A stretch of DNA of 64,000 nucleotides from Chiloscyllium plagiosum (Eukaryota): assembly GCF_004010195.1 (NCBI RefSeq), contig NC_057718.1:102489221-102553220 (forward strand). Reading direction: 5' to 3'. Below, piece after piece: positions 1 to 12,720 of the stretch. Position numbers and translations under genes: made by a program. The notes under the pieces are model-generated. The model made no database searches. It was not told the DNA's origin and was given only the letters and a program-made list of their open reading frames with translations. Within the stretch, counting starts at the first letter, position 1, and each line of letters starts with the position of its first letter.

Positions 1-170
1 CTCAAGTTTAAATCTGCCTGCACATATGCTATCCTGCCGCTTATCTTTCCATTTAACTCCATACTCCCTGTCGCTTTCACTTTCCCTTCCCCCCAACTCA
101 GGAGTTTAAAGTCCTACTGACCACCCTATTTATCCTCTTTGCTAGAACATTGGTACCTGATCGGTTCAGG
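1..170 (-). mobile_element. CR1-type LINE fragment, end of ORF1 (SGNH esterase-like)
   Basis: Minus strand reads LNRSGTNVLAKRINRVVSRTLN, resembling the C-terminus of CR1 ORF1 esterase domains (GLHLNxxGTxxLAxR). Confidence 0.6.
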
Positions 171-727
171 ATCGATTCAAGATCGATTCAAGAAGGCAGC
201 TCACCCCCACGTTCTCAAGGAGCAACTAGGGATGGGCAATAAATGCTGGGCCCAGCCAGTGATGACCGCACTCGATACGTGAACTTAAAAAAACAAACAA
301 GATACAAGAGGAGGTCACTCGGTCCTTCAAGTCTGCTTCACCGTTCGATAAGATCATGGCTGAGGGGATTTTAACCTCAACTCTACTTTCCTGCATATCC
401 CCCGATAATTTTCCATTCCTGTGGTCATCAAGAATCTTTCTACCTCTGCATTAAAAATAATTAATGATTCCGAATGAAGTTCCAAAAGTTTACAACCCTC
501 AAACAGAAAATAAGAGTTTCCTCTTCTCTGTCCTAAATGGGTGATCCTTTATTTTTCCCAAGTCCAAGATTCTCCCACACGGGAAAATGACCCTTCCCTA
601 TGACATCATTGGGTCAAGACCCCTCAACATTCATAGCCTAGAGACCCAGGCTAAATGTGAGGGATACAGGTTCAAATCGCACAGTAGCTGGTGAAACTTA
701 AATTAATTAATTAATTATTCTGGACTG

Positions 728-2365
728 GAGTCATGGAGTCAAACGGCACATAAAAAAGGTTTTCGGCCCAACTCCTCCATACCGACCAAGTTTCCTAAAC
801 TGAACTTGTCCCATTTGCTTGCATTTGGCCTATATCCCTCTAAACCTTTCCTATCCATGTATCTGTCCAAATGTCTTTTAAATGTTTTAATTGTACCAGC
901 CTTTACCACTTCCGTTGGCAGCTCGTTCCACATATAGAGTCATAGAGTCACAGAGATGTACAGCATGGAAACAGACCCTTCAGTCCGACCGGCCCATGCC
1001 AACCAGATATCCCAACCCAATCTCGTCCCACCTGCTGGCATCCGGTTCATATCCCTCCAAACGCTTCGTATTCATATACCCATCCCCCAAATGCCTTTTA
1101 AATGTTGCAATTGTACCAGCCTCCACCACTTCTTCTGGCAGCTCATTCCATACACGTACCACCCTCTGTGTGAAAAGGTTAACCCTCAGTTCCCTTTTAA
1201 ATCTTTCCCCTCACACCTTAAACCTATACCTTCTAGTTTTGGACTCCCCTACCCCTGGGAAAAATAACTTGGCTATTCACCTTATCAATGCCCCTCATGA
1301 TTTTATAAATCTCTATAAGGCCACCCCTCAGTCTTCTATGCTCCAGGGAAAAGAATCCTAGCCTATCCAGCCTCTCCTTATAACTCAAAGACCCCAGTCT
1401 CAGTAACATCCTTGTCAATCTTTTCTGCACACTTTCCGGTTTAACAATCCTTCCTATATGAGAATTGTACGCAGCACTCCAAATGTGGTATAACCTATGT
1501 CCTGTATAGCTTTAACATGACATCCCAGCTCCTGTACTCAATGTTCTGACTGATGGAGGCAAGCATGCCAAACGCCTTCTTTACCACCCTGTCTACCTAT
1601 GACGCTACTTTCAAGGAACCATGTACCTGTACCCCTCGGGCTCTCTGTCCGAAAACACTGCCCAGAGCCCGACCATTGACTGAGTAAATCCTGCCCTGGT
1701 TTGCCTTGCCAAAATGCAACATCTTGCATTTATCTAAATTAAACTCCATCTGCCATTCCTCAGCCCACTTGGCTCAATTGCTCAAGATCTCTTTTTAATC
1801 TTAGATAACCTTCTTCGCTGTCTACTATACCACCAATTTGGTGTCATCTGCAAACTTACTATCCATTCTGTTATAGTCTCATCCAAATTGTTTTTATAAA
1901 TGAGAAGCAAGAGTGGACCCAGCACCAATCCTTCCACCACACCGACGGACACAGGCCTCCAGTTGGAGCAACAACTGTCGGACAAAGTGAGGACTGCAGA
2001 TGCTGGAGATCAGAGTCGAGAGCGTGGTGCTGGTTGAGCACAGCAGGTCAGGCATCATCTGAGGAGCAGGTGAATCGGCGTTTCGGGCAACAGCCCTTCA
2101 TCAGGAATGAGGCACTTTGTTCCTGATGAAGGGCTATTGCTCAAAACATCGATTCTCCTGCTCCTCGGATGCTGCCTGACTTGCTGTGCTCAACCATCAC
2201 CACACTCTCGACTCTGAACAACAACTCTCTACCACCACTCTCTGTCTCCTTCTGTCAAGCCAATTTTATATCCAATTGGCTAGCTCTCCCTGGTTGCCAC
2301 GTGATCTAATCTTACTGCTATTATGCGGAACCTTACCAGAGGCCTTACTAAAGTTGATGTAAAGA
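728..2365 (-). mobile_element. Two tandem 5'-truncated CR1/HER1-type LINE 3' fragments (728-932 and 934-2365)
   Basis: Decayed ORF2 C-terminal motifs WNELPxEVVEAGTIxTFKRHLD, YKERLDRLGxFSLExRRLRG and GxVLGPLL; (AGTCAT) tail repeats. Confidence 0.9.
1980..2215. mobile_element. Palindromic mini Penelope-derived insertion (family A) with a hammerhead motif in each arm
   Basis: Arms ~2010-2108 and ~2120-2215 are reverse complements; flanked by an imperfect TSD GAGCAACAACTGTC/GAACAACAACTCTC; interrupts a CR1 fragment. Confidence 0.85.
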
Positions 2366-4430
2366 GTGTAAAGTTAGTTTCAATGCCGGTGATTATGAAG
2401 CTATCCAAAATTGTCGTAAAAACCTATCCAAGTTGACTGATGTCCTTTAGGGAAGGGAATTTCTCCTTACCTGGTCTGACCTACATATAACTCCAGATCC
2501 ACAGTAATGAAGATGACTCCTAATTGCCCTCTGAAATGGCCAAGCAAGCCACGCCGCTGAAGTGCAATTAGGGATGGACACAAATACTGGCCTTACGAGT
2601 GACACCAACATCCCAAGAAAGAACTTCCAAACTGGAGCTACAAAGGTCCAAGCAATGAACTTATGAAGTGCTTTGCAAAAAGCAAGTCCTGAGCTGGTAT
2701 GGTTAACTCAGCTCCAGTGCTGTTCAAAGGGCACAGTAGTATTCTGAAGCTTTTTCACTTTCAGCCTGAGTTTGTAGAAGGACAATCGAGTAATTTTGAG
2801 AGCCACTGTTTATAGTCAGGGAGCGCAGAGCAATACTTGAGGCAGCGGTGGAGCTGTGAATGTAGTACCTCTGGGCCATGGACCAAGAGATGGAACAGAG
2901 GATGCAGAGAGGGGAAGTTAGAGGCAGAGGCATCCTGGAGCCTTCTCACCTCGACTGTCTGTGGATTCTCAGGCTCCAATTTCATCGTTACAACATCCAT
3001 AGATCAACAAGGATCCACCATTCCCCATTGATACATCCACTGGAGTCATCACATTACATGACTCCACTTGACTACCATCCAGTCATAAAAAACACCTGAC
3101 ATCCTTGTCCAACAACACTTCTACCTTTACAAATAAAAATGAACAGTGCACTCATGTGCACTTAGTGAGTGATTTCTTGCTGGTGCCCACAGCATCTCTG
3201 ACTTCTTGGAAGGTGGGTTGGCTGGTCTGGATCTGAATGGTGCCAATAGCATGGGGGTCCGATCTCTGGGGGTTGGATTCCCATTCTGCCTCCTTGGTTG
3301 ACACATAGTGGAGGTTGTAGTCCTATGGGGCAGACCTGTCTTCAGGCAGGGGACCTGAGGAGAAGGTGGCAACAGTGTGACCTCTGATGGACCTTCCACT
3401 GCAGAACCAAGACATTGGATGGAGATGCTAGATGCTCCAACATGGCAGGGGACAGATTAGCTCAATGGACTAGATGACTAGCACATGGTTCAGGTGATGC
3501 CAAGGGTGTGGTTTTAAGTCCAGTCCTGGCTGAGTTAGGACTGGAGACCTGGCTTCTTGCTCTGACTGTGATAGTAGAGGTGATGGGCAACTACCCATGA
3601 CCCAAATGTCTCAGAACAAAACATCCATTGGCAAAAAGCTAAGGATCTGGCACTGGGTAGAGAACACAGACCACACCAATGTGGTTAGATATAAAAGTAG
3701 ATATAAAAACTAAGAGTAAACAATCAGACATGCACAAACTTTAGGTACAGACTAATTAAACGTAGATGCAGCGCTGAGATGGTTTGTGTGGATAACAATA
3801 CTCACGAGTAGGATTCTGAAGAGTAAAATATGCTGTCACCCTCAAATAGATGTGATGTATTTGCAGCGCATGCTATTCGTTTATTGTGTAGAATGAAATT
3901 AAATCACACATTGCCACAGTACAGGTCCCTTGCTTTATTTATGAGAGTCTATTCTCTTAACACTGCTTGCCTTGGTATCGATTTTCAACCACAAAAGATA
4001 TTAACCTGCTCAAATTGAATGCTCTTATTGTGGAGTTGTGCATGTTGGAGTGCATTTGAAAGCTCTAACACAACACAGATTCAATGAAAGTTAATAAATC
4101 TTCTATTCCATGACAAATGGAAGCCAAATTCCACCCTAACAATCATGGAACACAGGAGGTAGGGCCTTCCCAGCCTTGTACATTGTCAGCAAGTAGGGAG
4201 AAGAGCATGAGATTAGCAGGTCAGGACCTTCTCATCAATGAGAGCAAGATATTCCATTTTCCAACCAAATGTTGAAGGAAGAGACGGATTCTCACTAGTG
4301 ATGGGTCAGAGGCTTATTTACATGCAACAGTGCCCTTATTATTCCCTCATCTCACCTCATGAATATGCAGTTTCATTTCTCCCAGCTGCCTCAGAGAAAC
4401 CAGGCAGTGACAATTCCTGAAATGGAACCC

Positions 4431-5003
4431 TGTTATGGACTAGGCCAGATCCCCTCAAAATATTTTAAGCAGGTAGCCTAGACCCTAACTTTTCTTATTT
4501 TAAAGGCAGATGTGGAGGGGATATTCCAGGAGTGATGCAGCTGGTCAAACCACTCAGCTTTAAGCAAAGCAGAATTTGTTTAAACACTATAATTGAAAGA
4601 TGAACAAAAGAAAACAGAATTCAGAATAACTTAACTATTGGAAAACCTGACCACCTGATACAGTAACTATTAATAATGAACTGTTCCAATACAGTAATAT
4701 CCCATAAACATACCCCACGGCAAAAAGGTGATTTAAAACAGATTCTTACAGGCAGGAGGGAACAATATCCAGAGGGAAATTTCAGAAGAAAATCAGAGGA
4801 ATTCTTTACTGAAGCTTGCAATTCTCCAGGATTCACACATCTTGTGATGCCACAGCTAAAACAAACTAGAAAAAAACTGAACTGAGAGAACTGGCCATTC
4901 CCCTTCCATTGTGAAAGTAGACGCTTTGGTATCTTTGCCTTTATGACCTCTCTTCAAAAAACCAAAGACAAAGTAACCTTTTTAAAGTGACAGCATTGTC
5001 ACA
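4431..5003. mobile_element. Solo LTR related to the Gmr1-type Gypsy LTR at 44444
   Basis: TGTTATGG...TGTCACA termini; the first ~65 nt closely match the LTR starting at 44444; flanks ACCC/ACTT are only a degraded TSD. Confidence 0.8.
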
Positions 5004-5329
5004 ACTTGGAGTAGGTAACTGGTCACACCAGCTCACCATTAGCTCCTTCAGATCTGCATCACTCGCCAACATCTCAGGCCACACTCCATGAGCAGTGACT
5101 GCATACACCCCGTCATGCAGCAGAACCTCCAGGTGCCCAAGGGCGAAACAGGGGGCCAGTTACCCTTTATCATACATGGCCTGGACAAATAAAATAAACC
5201 ACACAGGGCAGCTGTGGATGGCTACCATTTGACTGGATGCACAATTGGGCTTTAAAAGTGCCAGCAGTACCAAGAAACCCAGGAGGTGCCTGCAGTGGGC
5301 ATTTCAGCAATGAAGAGATGCTGGATAAG

Positions 5330-5710
5330 CACAAGTTATTTTCTTGAGAGCAGAGAAGGCTGAGTGGAAAATCTGATTGAGGTGTATCAGATGAAGAGGT
5401 GCACAGGTGGGGTGGATAGGAAGCAGCTGTTCCCCTTAGCTGAAGGGTCAATGATGAAGGAGCATAATTTTAAGGTGAAAGGCAAGACGTTTGGAGAGGA
5501 TTTGAGGAAAACGTATTCACCCAGAGGACAGTGGGAATCTGGAATGCACTTCTTATGAAGACAGCAAAGGGAGAAAACCTTACAAGTTTCTAAAAGCTGT
5601 GTCGGTGAGTACCTGTAATGTCATAATATCCAAGGGTATGAGCCAAGGGCTGGGAAGTGGGACTAGTGTGGACTCGAATGGCCTAGTCTGTGCTGTATGA
5701 CCCGATGACC
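5330..5710 (+). mobile_element. CR1-type LINE 3' fragment
   Basis: LEQRRLxxxLIEVYxxMR, VDRKQLFPL and RAVGIWNAL-like decayed motifs. Confidence 0.8.
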
Positions 5711-5909
5711 CTCTGTCTCCATGACTCCACTGCCCCCTGTGGCAAATGGGAGAATATAACAAGTAGGTTGCCATGGGGACATGGTGTGTGGGTCATAAGG
5801 TAGGTTTGGGAAGAGAGTGTGAGAAAACCCACTAAGGTTCGCAGAGAGAAACCCACCAAAACTGACACTTTGCCAATTTCCAGTAAGATTCAGCCCAACG
5901 TATTTTATG

Positions 5910-6235
5910 TCGAGAGTGTGGTGCTGGAAAAGCACAGCCAGTCAGGCAGCATCCGAGGAGCAAGAGAATCGGCGTTTCGAGCATAAGCTCTTCATCAGGA
6001 CTGAATGTGGATAGGTCAGTGCAGGCTTGATGGGCTGAAGGGCCTCGTCTGCGCTGTACGAACCAATGACTCGTCTCCATGACTCTCTGGAGCCCCCTGA
6101 GGCGAATGATTCCTGATGAAGAGTTTATGCCCGAAACGTCGATGCTCCTGCTCCTCGGATGCTGCCTGACCTGCTGTGCTTTTCCAGCACCACAATCTCA
6201 ACTCTGATCTCCAGCATCTGCAGCCCTCACTTTCT
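5910..6235. mobile_element. Palindromic mini Penelope-derived insertion (family A) with a ~105-nt foreign spacer
   Basis: Inverted arms ~5910-6002 and ~6109-6235; 16-bp TSD CCCAACGTATTTTATG (5894-5909) / CCCAAAGTATTCTATG (6236-6251). Confidence 0.85.
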
Positions 6236-6774
6236 CCCAAAGTATTCTATGCATTATCTGAGTATCTCACTTGTTATAATGTTTTTTAAAATATTGGGTA
6301 AATTTTCACCTTTATCATTTTGGTGCTGTTTGCGTACTATTGCAGAATACAGCAGATTTTATAATACTGAGATCAGCAGAATGTCAGTACCTCCAGGTAT
6401 TGAAGATGCTCCATTCTTTCAGTTCCAATAGGACCACACTTGTTCTCCCGCACCTGCAATACTGGCACATAGCAGCAGCAATCCACCTTTGGCTTGTATG
6501 GTGGAGTGTTTTTATAACTCTCACCCTCAGCCATGAATCCCTCCATGGCCCTGCCCCACTCTACCTCTGCAACCTCTCCCAACCTGACAAACCTCTGAGA
6601 TCTCTGTGCTCCTCTCAGTCTAAACTCTTGCGCATCCTTGACTTTAATCCCTCCCCCATGGGTCAACATTGTCGTATAAAGTAATAGATGTGAAAGGCTT
6701 AATCCAGGAGCTGTGCTGAAACCCTGTCCATGCTGATGCTTAACACAGCCACTCGATGGAGCTTTGGGCAGGTC

Positions 6775-7020
6775 GGGAATCATAGACTCTCTACAGTGTT
6801 CCAGCAAGTCCACACTGGCCCTCCAAAGAGCATCCCACCCAGACCCAATATCCTATCCTATTCATGCAACCCTGCATTTCCCATGGCTAACCCATCCAAC
6901 CTGCACAGTTTTGGACTGTGGGAGGAAACTGGAGGACCCAGGGGAAACCCAAGTAGACACGGGGAGAATGTACAAACTACACACGGACAGTTCCCCCGAG
7001 GCTGGAATCGAACCTGGATC
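6775..7020 (-). mobile_element. HE1 (V-SINE) copy
   Basis: Reverse complement of the V-SINE core GTGTGGAGTTTGCACATTCTCCCCGTGTCTGCGTGGGTTTCC plus tRNA B-box. Confidence 0.85.
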
Positions 7021-7092
7021 ATCAGTACAATTCTAACAAGTACTTAGGTATAATAAATATTACCTCATTATCTCAGATAAGTACCTTATTTG

Positions 7093-7385
7093 TGGCACAG
7101 TGGCTAGCACAGCTACTTCACAGTGCCAGGGACCCAGGTTCAATTCCAGCCTTGGGCGACTGTCTGTGTGGAGTTTGCACATTCTCCCCGAGTCTGCGTG
7201 GGTTTCCTCCCACAATCTAAAGATGCGCAGTTTAGGTGAATTGGCCATGCTAAATTGCTCATAGTGATAGGTGCATTAGTCAGGGGTAAATATAGGGTAA
7301 AAGAATGGGTCTGGGTGGGTTACTCTTCAGAAGGTTGATGTGGACTTGTTGGGCCCAAGGGAACTGTAGGGAATCTAATCCAATC
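7093..7385 (+). mobile_element. HE1 (V-SINE) copy
   Basis: tRNA-like head GGCACAGTGG...GGTTCAATTCC, V-domain core, CR1-like tail. Confidence 0.9.
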
Positions 7386-7649
7386 TTATCTGCTGAGACT
7401 CAGGTGTGGTTCATCCTTCACCACAGACTCATAAAAAGTTCCTAGACTAGCATGGGAAGAAGGATTGGCAGCATTCTGCCCATGGCACCCAGGCCTTATC
7501 ATCTTCATTATAACGGCCAGGTCTTCAATTGCCTGATCCCCCCAGGCTCTGGAATTTCTCTAAGTAAACCATTCCCCAACTCATTTCCTTCTTTTAAAAT
7601 GCTCGTGAAATCACTTTGACTGAGTTTTGGGTTGCTTTGTGTCCAGCTT

Positions 7650-7976
7650 TAGATTAGATTAGATTACCCAGAGTGTGGAAACAGGCCCTTCGGCGCAACA
7701 AGTCCACACCGACCCTCCGAAGAGTAACCCACCCAGACTCAATTCCCTACATTTACCCCTGACTAATGCACCTAACACTACAGGCAATTTAGCATGGCCC
7801 AATTCACCTGACCTGCACATCTTTTGGAAAGTGAGAGAAAACCTGAGCACCTGGAGGAAACCCACGCAGACACGGGGAGAATGTGCAAACTCCACACAGT
7901 TGCCCGAGGTGGGAATCGAATCTGGGTCTTTGGCACTGTCAGGCAGCAGTGCTAACCACTGAGCCACCTTGCCGCC
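7650..7976 (-). mobile_element. HE1 (V-SINE) full-length copy
   Basis: (TTAGA)n tail at ~7648-7666, V-domain core, tRNA head ending ~7976. Confidence 0.9.
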
Positions 7977-8294
7977 CTTGATTGGTAGTGTCTCCTGTGA
8001 AGCATTTTGGGATGTTTCACACACACCAAGCCCAAGGATATGGCTTGGCGTTTGTAATGCCAGATACCCTGCCAAAGCTCTGTTAAGGCTGGTATTAAAA
8101 TGCAACATTTGAATGAAGTGCATCAATGACAATACATGTAAATTCATACTGCCACCAGATCCAGAACATTGCAGAAGGAGGTTTGGGAATTGAATGAAAA
8201 GCTGAAATACACTTCTGTTAAGTAACTGAATAATGTTAAACAAATAATACGCTTGTGACAAAATGAAAGAGGAAGGGTAAGAGGAGCCATTTGA

Positions 8295-8640
8295 CCACAG
8301 ATGTAAGAACTGAAGCAGGCCATTCAGCCCATTGAAACTGCTCTGCCATGCAATGAGATCATTACTGACTTGACAGCCCACAACTCTAGCTCCTGCCTTT
8401 CCCCTATAACCTTTGATTCCCTTAATGATTAAAAATCTGTCTCTGTCAGCCTTCAATATATTTAATGACCCAGCCTCGACAGCCCTCTGCTGTAGAGAAT
8501 TCCACAGATTCACTCCCTTCTGAAAGCAGAAATATTTCCTCATCGCTGTTTTAAACGGGGGCCTCCTTATTCTGAGATGATGCCCTCCGCTCCTGGGTTC
8601 TCCCACAAGGGCATCAACACTGTCAAGTCCCCGAAAGGAT
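8295..8640 (-). mobile_element. CR1-type LINE 3' fragment
   Basis: GVNLWNSLQQRAVEAGSLNILKADRDRFL in the minus-strand ORF. Confidence 0.85.
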
Positions 8641-9290
8641 CTTGTATTTTTCTTTAAAAGGTAAAATAAAAGCCAAAGGGAAAGAAAAGGACCAAAAAGC
8701 CGTGATGGTAAGAAGCATGAGGGAAAAGAAACACAGTGTAGGAGAATAATTTTTCTTCCATTCATGGGATGTGAATATTATTAACTGGGCCAACATTTAT
8801 TGCTAATTCCTAATCGTCCTGGAGAAGGTGGGGGTGAGCTGCCTTCTTGAGTCACTATGAGTTATAGGCACATCTCTACAGCACTATCAGGAAGGATCCA
8901 CAGTGTATTTGAAAGTATATTCATGAATTGATTGGTTGTCATTTAAAAATCAGTACAAGACAGGGCACCATGACTGTGATTAGGACTGTATTTAGGACAA
9001 TTTCTGACTTTCTCACAGAGCAGCTCTCCTTCCTATGCTTACAATCGAGAGGTACATTTGCCATCCTGACTCTGAATCTGATTTTTAATTGTATGGGTGT
9101 TGCTTCGAATGTCTACTATTGTGTGGGATTGAGCTTCAAATCCCTGACATTAATGCATGGCACAAGCAAGAAAAGGAGATTGGACATGAATGGTGCTGGG
9201 GCTGGTTGGGTGAGCATTTGGTGAATAGCCCCCTCTGGTGGTAGGTTTAATTTCAGCAGCTGTTTGAATTAATTTGGCTGAATTTCGTGC

Positions 9291-9483
9291 TGGAGAAAGT
9301 GAGGACAACAGATGCTGGAGAGTCAGAGTGGGAAAGTGTGGCGCTGGAAAAGCAGAGCAGGTCAGGCAGCATCCGAGGAGCAGGAGACATTCCTGATCAA
9401 GGGCTTATGCCTGGAACGTCGACTCTCCTGCTCCACGGATATTGCCTGACCTGCTCTGCTTTTCCAGCACCACATTTTAGACT
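9291..9483. mobile_element. Palindromic mini Penelope-derived insertion (family A)
   Basis: Inverted arms; one mutated hammerhead core at ~9389-9425; flanking duplication CTGAATTTC. Confidence 0.8.
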
Positions 9484-10049
9484 CTGAATTTCATCCAGGG
9501 CTATACTGGTCTGAAAACAAATTAAAAAAAATGAAAGAACTGCAAATGTTGTGAATCAGAAAAAAAAAACATAAATTGCTAGAAAAGCTCAGCAGGTCAG
9601 GCAGCATCTGGGAATGTTTCGGGTCCAAAGACTTTTGCTCAGAGCTTTAAAATGAGCCTTCTTGTGATGGGGTGGTAACATCCCTATCCCTGGACTGGGA
9701 GACCCAGGTTCAAGTCCACCTGCTCCAGAGGTGTGTAATAATAACCCTGAACAGATTGCTAGGGGAAAAAATAGCAGGGATAGGCCATTTGACCCTGTGA
9801 GTCTGAAGATAGCCCAAATCATTCAAGAGACAGATGGCATGGATTTGGATTAACTCTATGAATGCAGCAAGCACTGGAATTGATTATTAATTCATTGTGT
9901 TAGCATGAGCAAGTGCTCTGACTCTAAAGTTTAAACAAAAAGATTGGTCGTACAGAATTTGAGTACTGCTGAAAAATGATGCATTTTTTTGGAACTTTTG
10001 GTCTTGCATACTTCAGGACAATTCACAAGAATACAACATAAAGGGGAAC

Positions 10050-12004
10050 AGAAACTAGGAGCAGGAGTAGGCCATTCAGCCCTTCAAGCCTGCTCCACTA
10101 TTCAAAATGATCATGAGTAGTCCTCGATTTCATATTCCCACTTTCTGCCCACACCCCTTGATGCCTTTAATATCTAAAAATGTATCCATTCTTTAATATA
10201 TTCAGTGACTTAGATTCCACAGCCTTCTGGTGGTACAGAATTCCATAGATTCACGACCCTTTTGAGTGAATAAGGTTTTCCTCATTTTAGTCATAAATGG
10301 CCTACCAGGGAAACCAGCCTCTCTGCATCTATTCTGTTCAACCCTGTTAGAATACTTTATGTTTTAATCAGATCCTCTTCCATCCTTGTAAACCTGACTA
10401 AATACAGGCCTAGTTGAACCAATCTCCCCTCATACAATAGTGCAGCCATTCCCAATGCTGCAGGCTCCCTATGGCAAGTATACTCTTTTCTAAGTAGGGA
10501 GACCACAACTGTATGTAGCCCTCCAACAATGGTCTCATCAAGGCCCTGTGGAACTGTAGTAAAACATCCTTACTTCTGAACTCAAATCTTCTTGCAATGA
10601 AGGCGATTATAACACTTGCCTTCCTAAATGCTTGCTGCACCTGCCTGCCTACTTTCATTGACTGCTGTACAAGGACATGCTTTGTACAATCCACATTTCC
10701 CAATATATCACGATTTAAATAATTTTTTTGCTTGCCACATGAAATATGTAACTTTACATTTTAGCCATGTTGTGTGACATTGTTTGTCAACTCACTCAAT
10801 TTGTCTAAACCATCTTGAAGCCTCCTTGCATCCTCCTCACAACTCTGCCCTATTTTGTGTCATTAGCAAATTTGTAAAAGTTGCATTAGGTTGCCTCATC
10901 CAGGTCATTTATCTATATTGCGAGTGGCTGGGGCCCAAGCACTGATCCTTTGCTGTACCACACTAGTTACTGCCTGTCACTGGAAATTGATCCATTTATT
11001 CCCACGCTCTGTTTCCTGCCTGTCAGCCAATTCTCAACTCTTGCTAATATATTACCCTCTACCCCGTGTGCTTCAATTTTGCCCACTGGCCCCTTATGCA
11101 GAATCTTATGCAAAAGCCTTCTCAAAATCTAAATACATAATTTCTACTGATTCTCCCTTATTTAATTTCATCCTCAAAAAACACCCATTGATTTGTTCAG
11201 CATGATTTACCTTCCATAAATCACAACTCTCTTTGTCCAATCCCATTATGCCTTTCAAGTAATCTATTATCACATCTTTTATAATAGACTCTAGCATTTT
11301 TCTCATTACTGATGTTAGACTGATCACTGTTACAATTCTCCTTTTCTCTCTCCCTCCCTTTTTAAATAGTGCAGTTACACGTACCATCTGCTAATCTGTA
11401 GGAACTCCTCCAGGATCTCTAGAATTTTAGAAGATCATTACTAAAACATCCATTATTTCCAGGGTCAATTCCTTACTACTCTGGGATGTAGATTATCAGG
11501 CCCTGGCAAACTGTCAGCCTTTAATCCCATAATTTTCCCTGCAATTTTTTTTTACTCATTGTGACGTTCTTCAATTTAACCCTCTCACCAAACCATTAGC
11601 TCCCTAACATTTCAGAGAGGTTACTTGTGCCTTCTCTGTGACAGAATAACAGAACCAAAATTTTGTTCAATTCTTCTGCCACTTCTTTGTTACCCATTAT
11701 AATTTCCCAGGCTTATAACTGAGTTATTAATCTTTTCTCTTCACATATTTAAAGAAGTTTTTATGGTCAATTTTTATGTTCCCTGCAATTTTATTCTCAT
11801 GCACTTTTTTTGTTCTTATTCCTCAAACATTTTCCCTCCTCTGCTCAATACTAAAATGCTCCCAATCCTCAGGTTTACTGCTTTTCTTTTGGTAATTTTA
11901 TATATCTCTTCTTTGAGTCTAATATTATCCCTAATCTCTTTTGCAAACCATGGTTGAAACAACTTTCCTATTTATTTTGTGTCAAACATGAATGAATTGT
12001 TATA

Positions 12005-12038
<34 letters not shown>

Positions 12039-12720
12039 TCTTTAAATATTATCCATTACCATTCACCATCAATTGTTTTAATATGGCTCCTCAATCCTCA
12101 CATCTTCATACATCCCCATATTTAGATGCAGGATTGTAATTTTAACTTTGACTACTTCACTCTCCCTTTAATGAAGAATTTGCTCATATTATGATCACTC
12201 TTTCCCAAGGAATCACAGACAACAATATTGTTAATTAATCATTTCTGATTGCACAGTGCTCAATCTCTGGTTGGTTCTTGAACATATTGGTCTAAAAAAA
12301 AAATCATGTACACACTCCAGGTAATCTTCCTCCAAAATTTCATTGCTAGGTTTATCCAGCGAATATGTAAATTAAAGTCACCCATGATTAGAGTTGTATT
12401 AAGGATTGGGAGCATTTTAGTACTGAGCAAAATACGACAAATGTTTGAGAAATAAGGACAAAAATAGTGTATGTGAATAAAATTGCAGGGAACATAAAAA
12501 CTGACCACAAAAGCTTATTGCAAATATCTCTGATTTATTGTTTAATGCTTTCCCTTACATCTCTACTATTGTTTGGGGGTCTATATACAATGTTTGTCCC
12601 AAATCCCCAACAATGTTTGCTGTCCCTTTATGTTTCATATCTCTATAGATTCCACATCATGGTTTTCTAAATCAATATCCTTCCTCACAATTGCATTGAT
12701 TTCCTCCCTTACTACCAATG
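10050..12720 (-). mobile_element. Long decayed CR1-type LINE (APE endonuclease to RT and 3' tail)
   Basis: IMGDFN...FLDQYVQEPTR (APE), VTALFKKG...ISLTSVMRKMLESII, YLDFEKAF, RALMRPLLE..IQLWSPY; many stops and frameshifts. Confidence 0.9.
12008..12037. repeat. (TA)n microsatellite
   Basis: About 15 perfect TA units. Confidence 0.95.

Larger units (their letters stand above)
630..2625 (+). mobile_element. tRNA-derived SINE (family unnamed), split into ~630-725 and ~2370-2625 by CR1 insertions
   Basis: B-box-like GGTTCAAATC at ~669. The two halves match the uninterrupted copy at 19764-20115. The 3' tail GCAATTAGGGATGG..AAAT.CTGGCC also occurs at ~185-290. Confidence 0.6.

Noticed and set aside
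7093..7160. tRNA-like A/B-box sequences here and at the other SINE heads
   Set aside because: They are SINE heads with no full cloverleaf, not tRNA genes
7659..8765. Longest ORF in the window (368 aa, minus strand)
   Set aside because: Chance read-through across a CR1 3' fragment, spacer DNA and an HE1 SINE; no coherent domain
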